Below are positions 19,660 to 33,600 of a DNA stretch of 64,000 bases, piece after piece (position 1 is the stretch's first letter; each line of letters begins with the position of its first letter). The notes beneath the pieces are model-generated. The model saw only the letters and a program-made list of their open reading frames with translations, did not search any database and was not told the DNA's origin. A program made the position numbers and the translations under genes. The DNA comes from Bugula neritina (taxonomy: Eukaryota; Animalia; Bryozoa), in NCBI GenBank assembly GCA_964035545.1, contig OZ037771.1, positions 8,797,408 to 8,861,407 of the forward strand, given 5' to 3'.

Positions 19660-22600
19660 AATAAACCTTTTTCAGAAGTCTCAGTATCCCCCTTTACAAC
19701 TAAAAAAAGTGTGTCCTCCCAAAGTGAATAAGTTCAACCTTTTATAAAGAGCAACCTCATTAAAAATTTTAAGTTCGTCTGTTACTTAAAATCCCAATTA
19801 GGTTATAGAACTGTATACTCTTTTAGCAGGTAAATGTTTTGGTATAAGCCTGAATATTGGCAGTTTCCAAAAAAATTAAAAATATTATTAATATTAATAT
19901 TATATTTTCTTCATACAGTTGGTTTGAGGTCATGTTTTTAAGTTTTTGGCATGTTTCCAGCTGTTTTATGTGTTATATGAACAGTATTCTAATGCTAGCT
20001 CACACAGGATGCGCATGTCAGAAATACAAGAAAAAAAATCAAAAAATAGAGTAAATCATGATCTCTGATAGACTTTCTATTTTTTCTCAAAAATCAATTT
20101 CCCTTTAATTTACAGCAGGTTAAAATACACCCCATACCCCTATTTACATTCTTGCCCATTGAATGTTTTTGTTGTATTACAAAACTGGTATGAAATTTTT
20201 ATGATTGTCATCTAAGTTAAAAATTGTAAGAATGAGCAAGGGAGAAGTGTAGGAATAGCTGCAACGCCTAACTGTGCAGTTGCAGCTGTTGATATCTTAG
20301 CAAGCACCAATAGTTCTAATTTGGCGCAGAGGTAGCCATCATAGTGTACCAGTGTGAGTATGAGAACATGTTCCTTCCTAAATTTATAAACAACTTATTA
20401 TATAAGCAACTTATTTCATACAACTGCTACCTAGATACTGCATTATGTAATACTACAGTGGGGATAGGCTACCAAAATCAAATATTTCTCCATAATATAC
20501 TTTACTTTGTCTTATAATCCTATATTTAATTATGATGTAGTTTGAGTTATGCTTTGCAGCAGAACTACAAACTAAAGTAGATAGTATCATGCTTCTCTAG
20601 GCTATAATCACGAATTTCTGGGTTTTGTACCTTAGTAATATGCAAACTACTTATTTTTTGCACTCGGATAATTTATTTATTCAACATCATCAGCTTTGCT
20701 AGTAACACCAGTAGCCATTACCATCGACAACAGAGTCGTAGGCCATTGTAACAGGTTTAAGACAAAGTTGCTCATCTTCTGCTGGTCAACATCTTGACAG
20801 ACCAATGTAACCCATTTGCTCTTCTAACTATTGTTTATATTACTTATATAACATTGGCATAGATTGCAGCATTTGCGGTGTAGTGGTAGTAGGGCCATGA
20901 GAAAATTTGAAGAAATAAAATTGAAAGAATCTTTGTGGTTTTGGTTATTGAGCCGATGCTAAAGTGGCAGTTATGAAATAAGTCCCATTTATCATTTGTT
21001 TTGCTGGCTGTCATAACTGATCTATAGCTGTTGACTTCTCAACTCTTCAACGCTGTCTGTTACCTACAGCCCCGGAGCTAAATCTAGCATGTAATATAAG
21101 TTAGCTATATTTAGTATAAGTTTTAGAGTAGTGGTAAAGTTAATGTCGACTGGAAATGTCATTTTCAAGATATCTGAAATCCCAAAACCCGCACAAAATT
21201 CCTTATTCAACAGAATTGTTTAGGCATTCAACCTTAAAACAGTATGTAGATAAAAACTAGTATATGTATAAGAATATTTTAACACTGCATAAGTGAAATG
21301 TGTTAATAAGGATTTTTTAAACAGAATAAATTTGTATTATCAAAAAATTTAATTATGAAATGTGAATTAATACATAGCATTTTATTTGCTAGCAGGTGAT
21401 ACATCTATTACAATTGGAACAATTGTGCGGCCAATTTAATTAAAAGTCTATAAATAGTTCTCTTTATTTATTCCCAGCTATTAGCATTAAGGTCTTTGTG
21501 TTGCAGTTATGTTATTTCTCAATATTATTCTGGTGACTTGTAGCATTTAGGAGTAGTAGGGAAGAAATTGAGATAGCGTAGGTTCTTAAACATCTTTTAT
21601 AAATTTTGGTCTGGGCTCAGGTTGAAATTCTTGTGCAAACATAACTTCTTTTGCTACATTTCTAATCTAGAACACATTTCTTTATTACTACACCTTGCTC
21701 GCTTGTAGCAGTTATTCCCCCTCCCCAACACCTGCAGTAGACTCAAGATCCCATTTAATTTAGGTGATAAGTTGAATCAGTTGAATTTAGTCATATAATC
21801 AACTAAAAGTAAAATGACTGAACTAAGCCAATCACTATTGCACCTAAATGTCCAAGTTTCACAATTCATCAAACTGCGGCATAAACAAAATTATCTGAAA
21901 ATTCCACTTCAAAGGAAATTCTGGTTAAAAAGTATTAAACAGATTTTGACAAGTTAGGCTGCAAAATGAGGTTGCTAAAATTAGTTGTTTTTTTATTTTT
22001 GTTTGGGTTTTCAGTTGAACTATTTAAATTTATAGCTTCTCAACTTCTCATGCTCTGGATATCTATATCAGTTAGTGTTGTTGAAAAAATAGCAGTTTCA
22101 GAGCTGGCTTAAGGCTGATCCTGGGCCACAAAATGCTACAATACCTTTCTTTTATTTGAGACTCACATGCTTATAATTCACAACAGCACTAATAGATCCT
22201 TTTCAGAGGTCTCCAATGTTTTCCTTACAATTGAAAGTTGTGTCCTCCCAAAATAAAAATTTTTAAGCGAAATAGACAGTACTTGAACTCATTTTTGCTC
22301 AGTAACCAAACTCACAAAAATGCTTTCAAGTTTATTTTCGTCAGATTCCTTCATAGAAAAATGTTTTTAAAGTTTTTGTGAACTGCTATATTATGTCTGC
22401 GCTTATATCAAGATATTTATCCCTTAAAAGAACAATTCAATGGCATAATTAGAATTTCAAGTAGCAGCCAAACTTTAAAACTTTTAATGAGTTTACTCTT
22501 TATACAAAAGCTCAACCTATTCATTTTGGGAAGACACAACTGTTATTTGTAAAGGGGATATGAGGGATTTCTGAAAAAAGGTGTATTAAAATATTACAGC

Positions 22601-23220
22601 ACTTTTCTCAAAATAGGCATGAACATGGATAAGTTAACATCAAGTATAACATCGCAATTAAAACCTTTAATAAAAACTATTAGGCCTGTTTTAAAAAATG
22701 TGATGAAAATATAGAGCAAACAAATTATTTCAAAGTTATATTGAATGAGAAAAAATGCCTGCTTAAATAATATGAACTATTTTGAATTTCTTTTTGCATA
22801 AACTGCCTTCCTTAGCAATATTTTTGTTAAAAAAGTTTTAGCCATAACATGTAATTATGTAAAGCATTTGGGGGGGGGGGGTACCCTTTAAAAATTAACA
22901 TTATGTAGCACAAACTCTTCAAAGTGTAAATTTTACTTTAACATGCTAATACAGCTAAGTAAGCATGTTCATAAATACTGTAACTAGCAGTAAAACTCAA
23001 CCACAGAGTTGAAAGGTCAACAGCTATAAAGGCATGCATGGCCATAACAGCCAGTAGAATAAATGAATAATGGGACACTTTATGTCATAGTCGTCACTTT
23101 AGTATTGCTCAGCAACCAAAGTCACAAAAATGCATTCAAGTTAATTTTGGTTAAAAAATTTCATGTTGGGAGGACACAGCTCTTAATTTTAGGTGGGATA
23201 TCAAGAACCTCTAAAAGGAT
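19660..23220. repeat. Old dispersed-repeat fragments in both orientations
   Basis: About 19665-19815 is the reverse complement of about 22420-22585; about 20950-21050 of about 23000-23105; about 22200-22260 of about 23160-23220; about 20635-20710 resembles 10330-10400. Confidence 0.55.
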
Positions 23221-23257
23221 CGATTGCAGTGCAGTGTTTGATTTTACTTTATTGTAG

Positions 23258-23461
23258 GATTTGCAACAGAGAAGAAATTCCTAAGTGTCCCTGTAAAGGT
23301 CAGGGAAGATGAATCTATTGCATTACAATGCACTACTACAGAGCTTAGACCATTAAATTATTTACTTCGCAGACTCACAATTGATTCAGATCTTCTCGTA
23401 ATATGCACATGGAAATTTTTCCAGCAGATAAATAAAAAGACAAAGATCAACCCACATACAG
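23258..23461 (+). CDS. Ig-superfamily gene exon 3 (N-terminal half of Ig domain 2); not in the ORF track
   Basis: ttgtag|GA...ACAG|gtacaa, 204 nt, phase 1-1, open: FATEKKFLSVPVKVREDESIALQC...CTWKFFQQINKKTKINPHT(G), resembling the start of L1/neuroglian Ig2. Confidence 0.72.
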
Positions 23462-23649
23462 GTACAATATTTTGCCTATGTTTATTTTTCTAATCAGAGC
23501 GTCAATTGGTGTATTGTGATAATTCGGTGGATTTGGAAACCTCACCAACTCTACCTGTAGAGGCTGGGTGATAGTTGGTTAGGAGATGGTCGAAGTGGTG
23601 CCAGCTCTAATCAGCTGCATAAGCTGCGGGGGGGGGGGGGGGGGGGAGG

Positions 23650-26353
23650 GGGTATCATTTTAATAAGTTTAAAATCCAAACTTGACGTTCCTTGATATGT
23701 TTTCTCGAATATACTTTTTCTTCTTTTTGAAATTATGTTTATGCCCTTCACAATTTGGTCAAAACTTACAACATTTTACAAGTTTCATTGCAATTATCTA
23801 GACTTTTCATATGATAATTTTGGATATGCTCCTGTGACTAATTATAACTTCTCTAGTACATTTGCCACTTTGCGCCATCACATTAACAAAGTACCCTCTC
23901 GTGCCTATTGGCAGTCTATTGGCATTCTTCCAATATAATGTTCCCTATTTTACATTAGCGCTTGTTAGCATCTTCTCACTATGTATATAATATATCTATT
24001 GAAAATGCTTCAGCACAACATAATTATTGGTTTGTTTGGCAGAGTTAATTTCAGCTAAATTTTCCACCCACCTCACTTTACAGTCTTGTCAGCAAGTGTC
24101 TGTTTATAGTGCAGCAGGTGTATTTTCAGTTTCTCTAATGCATATATATTTTAAGAACATTATTTTCCATGAAATCAATTTAGGCCCTTTCATAGAGCAA
24201 AAAAAGGTGAAGCATTCCTTAGACATGTCAAAAATTGTTTTCTACAAAATTGTATAAAGGTAATTTCAACCTAAAGGGTAATGTGTTTTCCTGAGCAACA
24301 CCAATATCTGCCTGCAGGCATTTCACTATTACGAGAAGGAATAGGCTGCTAGCAGCTGCCTACAATCTTGATAATTGAGTGCAGTAATTGAAAAGCTTCA
24401 ATAACCTAAGCACTCTCATTTAGTTTCGGGCGCAGGTTAAGAATAGCACAAGAATGTAGCTTCTTCTATAAAAACCCAGGCTTTTCTTTATTTCTCTATT
24501 ACTGCACTTCTCTTGATATTGACTTATTAGGCCTAACTAAGGTTTAGCCCAAAGTTCAGTATCTAGTTGGTACGCATGTATGTTGTCTAACTGTTGAATT
24601 AAAAGTGTAAAAAATCCTACAGCTGTAGCCATATTTACCCATCATCATGATTACACATATGAATGTGTAGAATTTGCATAAGCTAGTGGAAAAAAATCTT
24701 TGCTGGGGCAAGAGGTGGAACCTTACTCTACAGTCTACAGTGTGCTAGCCGCACCCCTTACCTTTAGACCACACAAGCTTTGCCAATAGTGAAGCATTAT
24801 ATGAGTAACTATCATTATATAAATATCTGGAGGCACAGATGGGTATACAATTATTATTAGTTAGGCTGTCAATTAATGTTGACTGGCAGTAGATAGCTGC
24901 TGGTGATCTTGAATAACTAACTCAAAAGTTGAAAAATAAGTAGCCTGCATATTATTAGCTACAAAATTAGGTCTGAAATAGACCTTGTCTAGACAGTGTT
25001 AGAGTTTGCAGTTGTGCTCCAAAATATAAATTAAACTGTATGCTATTACATAAGCTTATGCATGCAAATATGTTATGACAATACTAAGTTTGAGGAAAGC
25101 AACATAGCCTACTTGAAGTAAACTTTGACAATAGTGTGTTATTTTCTTCGAATACAGTAGCACGCATAGGGCTTATACTCTAAAGCATAACTCTCTAATC
25201 ATATGAATCTTTATGAAGTTCACAGCTCATGTAAAGGTGACAATGTAATTTGAAACTAAAAATTCTGTTGCTGCATTGTGTTTAAGGTATATTATGGGGA
25301 AAAATTTGGTTTTGGTAGCCTACCCCAACGGCATTCCACAATGCAGCTTATAGGCTAGCCAGTTGTAATAAGTAATTATAATAGCAAGGTTACTATTATG
25401 GCTAGCTCTGTACAGTATGTAACCTCTTGAATAATTTCGCCACTTTTAAACTATTGGAAGTTTGCCAAGTTATCATATTGCAGCCAGCCACCGGAGACAA
25501 AGCATTGCAGCTATCCATATATCATACTGATGCACTTGGTAGCAGACTGGCTAATCAAGTAATCTAATTTAGTTCAATGCCCTTTACTTTGGGAAACAGC
25601 TTCTTTTTTTAGATTTACCTAACAAACCATGAAAATATCTCAACTAATATTTTAATAATTCAGAGGTACATTTTTAAAACTGAATTAATTGCGCTTGTTT
25701 GCACAACAACAATAATAAAATATATATTATGAAAAGTAATAAAAAACACATAATACGATATAGTATATGATATAATAATATAATATTACAGGTACCATTA
25801 TTGCATTTTATAACTCGGATGGTTGCCAAAGAAATCTATTACACCAATGCTATAATTACATCAAAAATTTTGATAAGAAGCAGGTTGAAATAGAATAGAT
25901 TCCTAAAACATGAAATCATGATTTGACAAGTGTTTTATATAGGCTAACCAACCTAGGAATACAAGATTGGGTTTTAGCTGGCAGGCCCTAGCATGTAGCT
26001 TTTGAGCCAGCAGCACTGGAACTTGTAATGTATAAGCAAAGTTAGTGAAGCGAGATTAACGAGCACTCAAATACAGTATATTGAGATACAATACAAGTCA
26101 GGGGCGTATAAATTAGAAAGAATGTGGAAGGAGGACTATGTTTTTCAACAAGCTATAACTTGAAGATTAATTGGCTTTTGAAAAAAAATTGAAAAAGTAT
26201 ATTGGAGAACATAAGTTTCTTTATTTCTTCATATTTTTTTTGTTGGCGTGATATTCAACCTGTTTGAGCTATCAGTGGAACATTGTTCATATAGAGCGTA
26301 AAGCACATAGCAAAGAGCCAAAAACTGAAAAACAAGACCTTGAACTAATTGTG
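23650..26353 (-). mobile_element. CACA-terminal non-autonomous DNA transposon, copy 2 (inverted, one end lost)
   Basis: Reverse complement of about 8928-11260 over more than 2 kb; retains a degenerate TIR ending GTG at 26353; truncated at the G-run near 23630-23650. Confidence 0.85.
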
Positions 26354-28230
26354 ACTGTTGAGTAGAGTCCGGGTGGTCTGTGTGTTTGAGGTATTATCCT
26401 CTACCCAGGCCAACACAACCTGGAGAGATTGGGTGGCTGTGGCCGGTTTGCAGGTTGTCGTCTTTGAAGTAGTCCTGCACTATCAGAGTTACTCGGTATT
26501 CGAGGCTTGGATTTTCACTTGTACTGGGTGTATCGCTCCCTTCGCTCTGTTCTTCTGTTGGTTGCAGCTCCAGATGCCCACAGTAATTATGGTGAGCTAG
26601 CTAGCCAGAAAGCCTTCTAACACACTAACCTCTTTCCAGACACAAGGGTGTTGAGGAGGCTGAGCGTCCTGTGGGGTCCATAGATGGGGTGACTCTACCT
26701 TGCCTACTCTGAGAGTGGGGATATTTTCTACCCCCAGAGCAGCCGGGTCTAATTGAACCATGGGTCTAAGCTGAGGAGGGGGCTCCAGTGCATCTCCCGT
26801 CTCATCCTGCCTAGGAATAAAGATCTCTCACTCCCTAGGTTGAGCTATCCTCCTGGTGACAGGTTGACGAGCTGGCTGCAGTAATAAATGTACTTGCATT
26901 GTGGCATCCGGGCTGCTCAGTGTGGCTTTAACCGTTGCTTACTCTAGTCCCAGACTTGCAAGGAGCACTTCACACAGACCTCCATTACACAGTAAGAGCC
27001 AGTGTACTTGTGCTAAAGCTTAGCCGACACTCTGTGACGCCTACGACCATACAGACCCAGTTCCTTACGTGATGCAGAATGGGATACTCCAAGTTTTCTG
27101 TTTATACTTTCTACTGCTTTTCTTGCAGGATTTTATTGGATGTCCTCATCCGCTTCCTCAGCTTTCCCACATACTCATGTACTGGAGCCTCGGGTGCTTG
27201 AACATGGTATTTCAGGTGCTCTGAAACCTTGATCTCCCCCCGGCTTAGAACTAGGAGGTTTGTGTTCTCCTGTGTGCTAGAGTGTAGTGCACTGTGGTAT
27301 GCCCACATAATTTGTGGCAGCACCACATCCTATTCTTTCTGACTTTGCTTAAAAGTAGACTCTCTAAGGTCACACCTAACATCCAGTTATTCGGCTCCAC
27401 AACTCTATTACCATGTAGATGATATGGTTAACCCCCATATCTGGCAAAAGTCACTCGTCAACTGAGATTGGAACTGGGCACCCTGGTTTATATAGACCTG
27501 TTCCGAAAACCCAAAATAACAAATCACATTATGATCAAGGGCCCAAACCGCGGTGGGAGCTGGTGTATCTGGAATAGCCAGGGCATCTGCCCACAGAGTA
27601 ATGGGGTCCATGAGCACCAGTGCCACGGTGTTGTCTCAAGTAACTAACGGCATACGCTCAACTAAGTTCACTGCCACCGCACCGCACCGCACCTGGTAGC
27701 ATCTCCTAAAGTCTGCACAACTCATGACATTTCAGTACAAATTAAGGCTAGTATGGAGGGCATTGACAGCATCTGAGTAAGCTTTGAACTAAAGAGCGCC
27801 ATGCTCCAAGTTAGAGGCGCTGCCCTCTTCCAACTGCTCATTGATGCTAAAGTGAACAGGTCCTCTGTTTTGTCTTTATATGTGCAGGCACCGCTTGCAA
27901 TTTTTCTCAAGCTCATGCCAACGGCCTTTCTGTGTTTCTTCCTAGCATGAAACTTTATGCTTCAAGAGAACTCGGCAAAAATTACCTGGCTCGAGAGTTC
28001 AGCAAGCTTACACAGCCATCTCAGTGATACTTAGTTTGTTTGCAATCTCAGCGTTCTCTCGTACAGATATGGCTAAAAGTGCTTAACTGCCTTGATTGTT
28101 GCTAGAGGCACCTTTTGCTGCTTCTCCTGCATCAACTGCCACCAGATCCATTTTGCAGTTAGCCAATTCAAAGGCTGTGCCACACCTGCAAACCCAGATA
28201 TGCATTTCCTGTAGTACCCTATCTTCTAAA
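26354..28230 (-). mobile_element. Degenerate Gypsy pol fragment (RNase H end, integrase, tail), close to Gypsy-4
   Basis: WADALAIPD, DHNVICYFG, NQGAQFQSQL, VLPQIMWAY remnants; tail DNA matches 62790-62840. Confidence 0.85.
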
Positions 28231-28320
28231 CATTGCAATCACAAATTAAATAAACACAATACTTAAATAGTGAGATTTTTATATTAATATCCAACAACAT
28301 GGTGTCAGTAGTGGAAGCAT
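28230..28320 (+). mobile_element. LTR 3' end plus PBS remnant of another LTR element
   Basis: ...CAACAACA|TGGTGTCAGTAGTGG (tRNA-Leu CAA/CAG-type PBS); a related LTR piece lies at about 51750-51818. Confidence 0.5.
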
Positions 28321-29051
28321 GATCTGGCTATATTCGGAGTGACTAGTTTGGAATAATTTGGACCACAATGAAACAGCTTTAAACACCCCAGAAAGATCAC
28401 AAGAAAAGGAATTTTCCTGTGTAAAGCAAAGAGTGCTCTTAATGTCACAAAAATAATCATTTTGAAAAAGTATAAAAAAAATGAAGGAGAAGAAAGAAAA
28501 TTGTCAAGCGATTGAGAATAAAACCAAAAATCTATATATAGAGCTATTCAATATGCAAAGCCATCACAAGGTAGAGAAACACAGAACAAGCCTGCTCACA
28601 ACACTTGAGGTGACTGCACACAGCATGACTTGTCGACAGAACATTGCTTCAGCTCGCAATATAATGTGTAGTAAAGACCATAAAAGACTTAGTAGGCATT
28701 TTTTAAAACTGATTCTAGTGACATGATGGGGTTGAGATGAAGATTAAATGAAGTGTAAAACTAGAATTTAAGCAAATTAAAAAGCCAATAACTTATTAAC
28801 TCGTTGACTCAGCTATGAAACCCTATTCACTTGTAGTGAAACTGTGCATTCACGAATTATCTGGGTATTTAAAGTAATGCAACACTGCCAAGTTAAAGTA
28901 GATTATATGTGTTTATTTAGTGCCAAGATACAGAAGTAAAACTATACATCAACAATGAAAAACACGTTACATAATACGGACATAGCGTACACAACCTAAC
29001 AATAACTAAACCACTGTCTGACTGCCGGCTATTCTATTCTGTCAGCTCTAA

Positions 29052-29737
29052 CCCCCTGTTCACACATTACCGCATCGTACGCCGTAACAGAACAAACAAA
29101 ATGGCGCCACTGTTACATTTTGTCAACGGGCGTTCACACATTGCCGTAGTAAGTACAACGCATGACGATGAGCTATGTCCAATCATAATTAAGCCAACTC
29201 TTGTCTGCGGTGACTTGTACGCTTTTGGATAGTATTTACAAATTATTCGCAACATTCTCATTAAAAGATGTTATATAAATGCTATTGACTAGATAAAAGC
29301 AATCACATAAAAATAATCTTTCTTTTAAATATAATCGTTTTTAAAATAATTGCGCCAACTAAATCAAATAATGAATATTTAAGCCGTCCAAATCAATTTT
29401 AAGTTTTTGGTTTTCGTGCTTTCGTGATTAGGGAAAGCTAGATTTCTAAGCTGATTTTAATTCAAACAAGCCTGATGAAAGATTTTTTAATCTTTTAAAA
29501 TTTTTGAATTAGTTAAATTAAATCAAAAATAAGCGATTACAATAAACTAGCGGAAACGTTCTTTAAATTTTAGTACCAGATCAACTCTACCCAATGGGAG
29601 TCCGCCGTAATTTTTTGAATCAAGCACTGCTTGATCAACGCCGCAGCGTATACCGGAGTACTATTCAACCCGGATGTTATCAAAGATGGCGCAAATTTGC
29701 TGTTGCGGCGTACGGTGCGGTAAGTGTGAATAGGGGG
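29052..29737. mobile_element. MITE with about 40-bp TIRs (PIF/Harbinger-like)
   Basis: CCCCCTGTTCACACATTACCGCATCGTACGCCGTAACAG is mirrored by CTGTTGCGGCGTACGGTGCGGTAAGTGTGAATAGGGGG; TAA on the left flank only. Confidence 0.75.
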
Positions 29738-30119
29738 AATATACTAAGCTCCTCCCATTGTCCATAGCGTATGTTAGTAGCGTAATAGGCAGGTACTAGC
29801 AAGCCGAGTAGATGATGGACGCTACGCATTACGATGATAGAGAAGTAACAGGAGAGTTGTTTTTTCGATACATAAGATAATTCCTTACACAAAATCCTTA
29901 CACACTGCTAGGTTGTGAAACGTGCTTAAACTTGAGTTTGGTGAAATTGGCAGATTTGACGTGTGCTATGGAGGAGGTAGAATTGTTTAGCAAAAAGAAG
30001 ATACTGACATAATATGATGAATTATTTTGTGAGCTAGGAGAGTGCCAGAAGAGTATCAGATAACAATGTAGGGCCTTTTCAACACCGATGACGTAGTGTT
30101 TTATTCTCTTGGTGACTAT

Positions 30120-30598
30120 TGTAGTAACTTTGTGAGTTGAATGAAACTCAAGTGCTGAACATAGCTCTTTATCAAAGAGAACAAGATAGAATGTATCCTT
30201 CAGTAGTAGCAATCTGTATTGTAGCGTAATAGAGTGGTCTTTAACAGGCAAGCTCCAGTGGTAGACTGACTACACTGGAGACTCGCCTGCTTTTATATAC
30301 ACAAAACAAAAGGATACATAAACAATAGCATTTTTTGTTGTCCAAAAATTGGAGGTCCGAAATGCTAATTTCCGGCAACAAAATTTAGTATAAAATTGTT
30401 ACATAACTTCAAATGCGTATTCAGTGTAATTACATTATGCTGGAAACTTTAACAATAATCACAATACTTAGGCATTAGAAAGCTACCTCGCTTAGTTATA
30501 ATTCCAGCATTTAAAACGATATGCAGCAAGTAATTACAATACTGATGCACGCAGTTACTAAAACTTTCCAGAACAATAGGGGATGAAAATCCATTACA
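30120..30598 (-). mobile_element. Solo LTR B inserted in the 3' UTR of Gypsy-3
   Basis: Minus strand TGTAATGGATTTT...TTACTACA, homologous to the Gypsy-4 LTR start; near-matching 4-bp flanks ATAA/ATAG; carries the TATA/TCAGT module. Confidence 0.7.
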
Positions 30599-30602
30599 TT
30601 AT

Positions 30603-33600
30603 TGTTGTAGTTTCGTGAATTACAACTACTTGTGGGTATTATTGTGTGATTGACTAGGTAGATGGGACCGAACTTAGATTTCCAGGCACAGAGTTCCTTA
30701 TTTATATGACCTACAGAGTCTTTCAGCTGGTTCAGCCCAGCCGTCACAGCTGGGGTGCCAATTGTCTGAAACCGACTTGCAGTCTTCTGAGCCTGTACTT
30801 CATACTATGCATAGCATTTATATGTCAGGGGGTGGAGGACGACACGGATGACGTCTTATCAGCCTCATGTTCTCCTCGCTTTCTATGTGACCGTGGACTT
30901 GGACGAGCATGATGATGTAGCGATAATCTTTGTGAGAAGATGGCCAAGATTAGTGCTTTGCAGACGAGGGGGCAAATAACATAAAAAAATCCTGAAAGCT
31001 GTATACATCAATCGTAAAGACAGCTCCCATATAACAGTCAGCTCGCAGCTGGTGAGCATTGATGACATGGGGTTAGCTATTATACTCCCCGCAAGGACAA
31101 AATGCTAAAAGATAGTGAGCGTCCACATGCGCCTTCAGTGACCTAATTGTTGCTAATGGCTCTTGGCATAGTTGGCATACGGTACTACCACTAGGGCCCC
31201 AGGCGGCCTCAATCTTTTGGGCCGTGGCTGGTGATACTTATCGCCATCGCCTGCAGAGTAATTTTGGAAACTCATCGTCTTTACACTCCATGAGGGGAGA
31301 AGGAGGTTTAGTTGGTAAGCCGTCCCCGTGCCAGGTGGAGCTCATAGCAATAGCAGGTTGAATAGCGCCTGAAAGAGCAGAAATAAGACTAGATCAAACT
31401 AGACCTATACACATAATCCTGGTGAAGCACGACCTTATAATAGCCTGGAAGTCACAACCCTCCCGGTAGAACACTCGCGAGACTAGTACTAGTAAGGTAG
31501 TCTGACAGAGAACAAGACAAGAACAAGACCTTCTATCATTTCATATTTTCACCACCCTTACTCACTAGTATTATCTCCTGTTAGAATATACTAACAGGAT
31601 GAGTCCAGTGACTGAGCTGACGTCAGAGTTGTTTCTGTACTAGAAGAATATTTTGTAAACTTACCCTGAAACCCGGTATTGCGTGGCATACTCGAATATT
31701 TGAGGATACGTATAATAGAAAACTACAAGTACGTCTACCCTTGACTGCATCAGCCTATGAAAAGATTGAGCAGCATGTTTGTTGTGTGTGACGGAAGCAT
31801 TTAACAGTTGGCAGATTATTTCTGCCTACTGCTCCTCCCTCACAAAAGTAACTTGTTCTAGTGATAGCACAACTCCTACGCTGAGTGGGACAACTCCCTG
31901 CGGAGCTTACCGTTTGACTAGTAAATCTGCCATTTTGCACACAGTTGCAGACAAAGTCTCGCAGGTAGGGCGGAGGTTGTCTAGAGCGTTGACAATTCTC
32001 TAAAAACAGCAAAGCCTCCACGGATGGACTCGCAAGTTCCACAGGTGAAAGATCCTGCTCCGCTCTTCCTCCATCTCCAAGAAAGAACATTCTTCTATTA
32101 CCGAGGTTCCCACTTCCAGACCGGGGTTAGGTTCCGGAAGTGACGGTACTAGGGCTGGAACAGTAGGCGGCAGACTCACTTCCGGTAGAGGAGGTGGTCG
32201 CTCGTCTGTTACCAGCTCCCGGTTCTACAGCACTACCACCTCATACTCGGGTCCATGCCGTTGCCGCCTGCACGTTACTGCCTGCCTCCTAGGCTTGAGC
32301 AACCGGGGAACTTTTTCTACCGCATTGGGGCTAGCCCAATACGGCTTCAAGCAAGCCTCATTTTGGATTGACACCTGTCCTGAGCACTCAACGTTGTACG
32401 TATGACTGAGCATAGTCTCGACTATCAAGTAGGGCCTCACGACCTTGGGCTGTAACTTAGCCACTTGTCTACAATGCCTGCGGTAGTTGGCCATCCAGAC
32501 CCAGTCCCCCACTTGATAGAGGGGAGGCTCCTCAAAGTCCTCAGTCTGCACCTGCCATTACTTCTCGCGAAGCATTTTGTGTGCGGTCCTCATGCACTCT
32601 ACCAACTCCCCCACATACTCGTGTACAGAGTTATCCTGGTCAAGAACATTGTAGGATAGGTGGTCAGAAACTCGAGTCTCTCGACCGAGCATCAAGAAAT
32701 TGGGGTTTCACCAGTACTAGTGTGTGGCATGCTGCGGTAAGCCCGCATGACTTGCGAGAGCACCGTATTCAATTCCTTTTGACCGCGGCTAAGGAACAGG
32801 CTCCGGAGCGCATCACCCAACATGCGGTTGTTACGCTCTATCACCCCGTTACCTTGTGGATGGTACGGGGTAGTCTTGCTCTGATTCACCTCCCAGAGGC
32901 AACAGAGGTTGCTTATCAGTTGAGACTGAAGCTGAACACCTTGGTCCAAATGTATCTGCCCAGGGAGACCAAAGTAACAAAATACATGTTGGTCTAGCAC
33001 ACGGGCCCCAGTCGAAGCCTACGCGTCTGAAATAGCCAGAACGTTGGCCCATCTTGTAAACTGTTCCGTGAGCACCAAGATCCAGCTGTTGCCTCAGGGT
33101 GTTGTGGGCATGGGGCTGACCAGATTGACAGCAAGCACTTGCCACGGCTGGCCAGCATATAACCTCCTCTGTCTCGATTTACCAGGGAAACGGTCATACT
33201 TAATAGCCAGGCAGATCTTGTCCTGTCTAACTTTGAGCCGCACATTATGCCCCATCCTTGGCCAGTACCACCGGAGTGACAACTTGGGGAACTTTTCTGG
33301 GCTCTTAGATGAGCCTTTTTGTGAGTGTCCCAAATTAACTCCCGGTGGATAGTGGTAGGGCAGACCACCCTCTCCCTCTCTGGGTGTCTACCATTGGCGG
33401 CCAATGTAATGGTTAGAAGTCCATCTTCGTTGACCTGTAAAGAGTCACAGCGTTGGCAGAATAGTTGTACCTCGGCCCATCCTTGCCTCAGTTGCTTCTC
33501 ACTGGGCTGCCTCCCTTTTTTTTGGCTTGGTATACGCTGGCTACCACTCCAGGAAGGGTTTTCTGAAGTTTACTAAGCTCCGAGACGTTATCAGCTACAA

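Noticed and set aside
8928-26353. Composite 17-kb transposon bounded by the two inverted CACA ends
   Set aside because: Outer flanks differ (TC versus AC), and copy 1 has its own TIR pair and TSD, so these are independent insertions.
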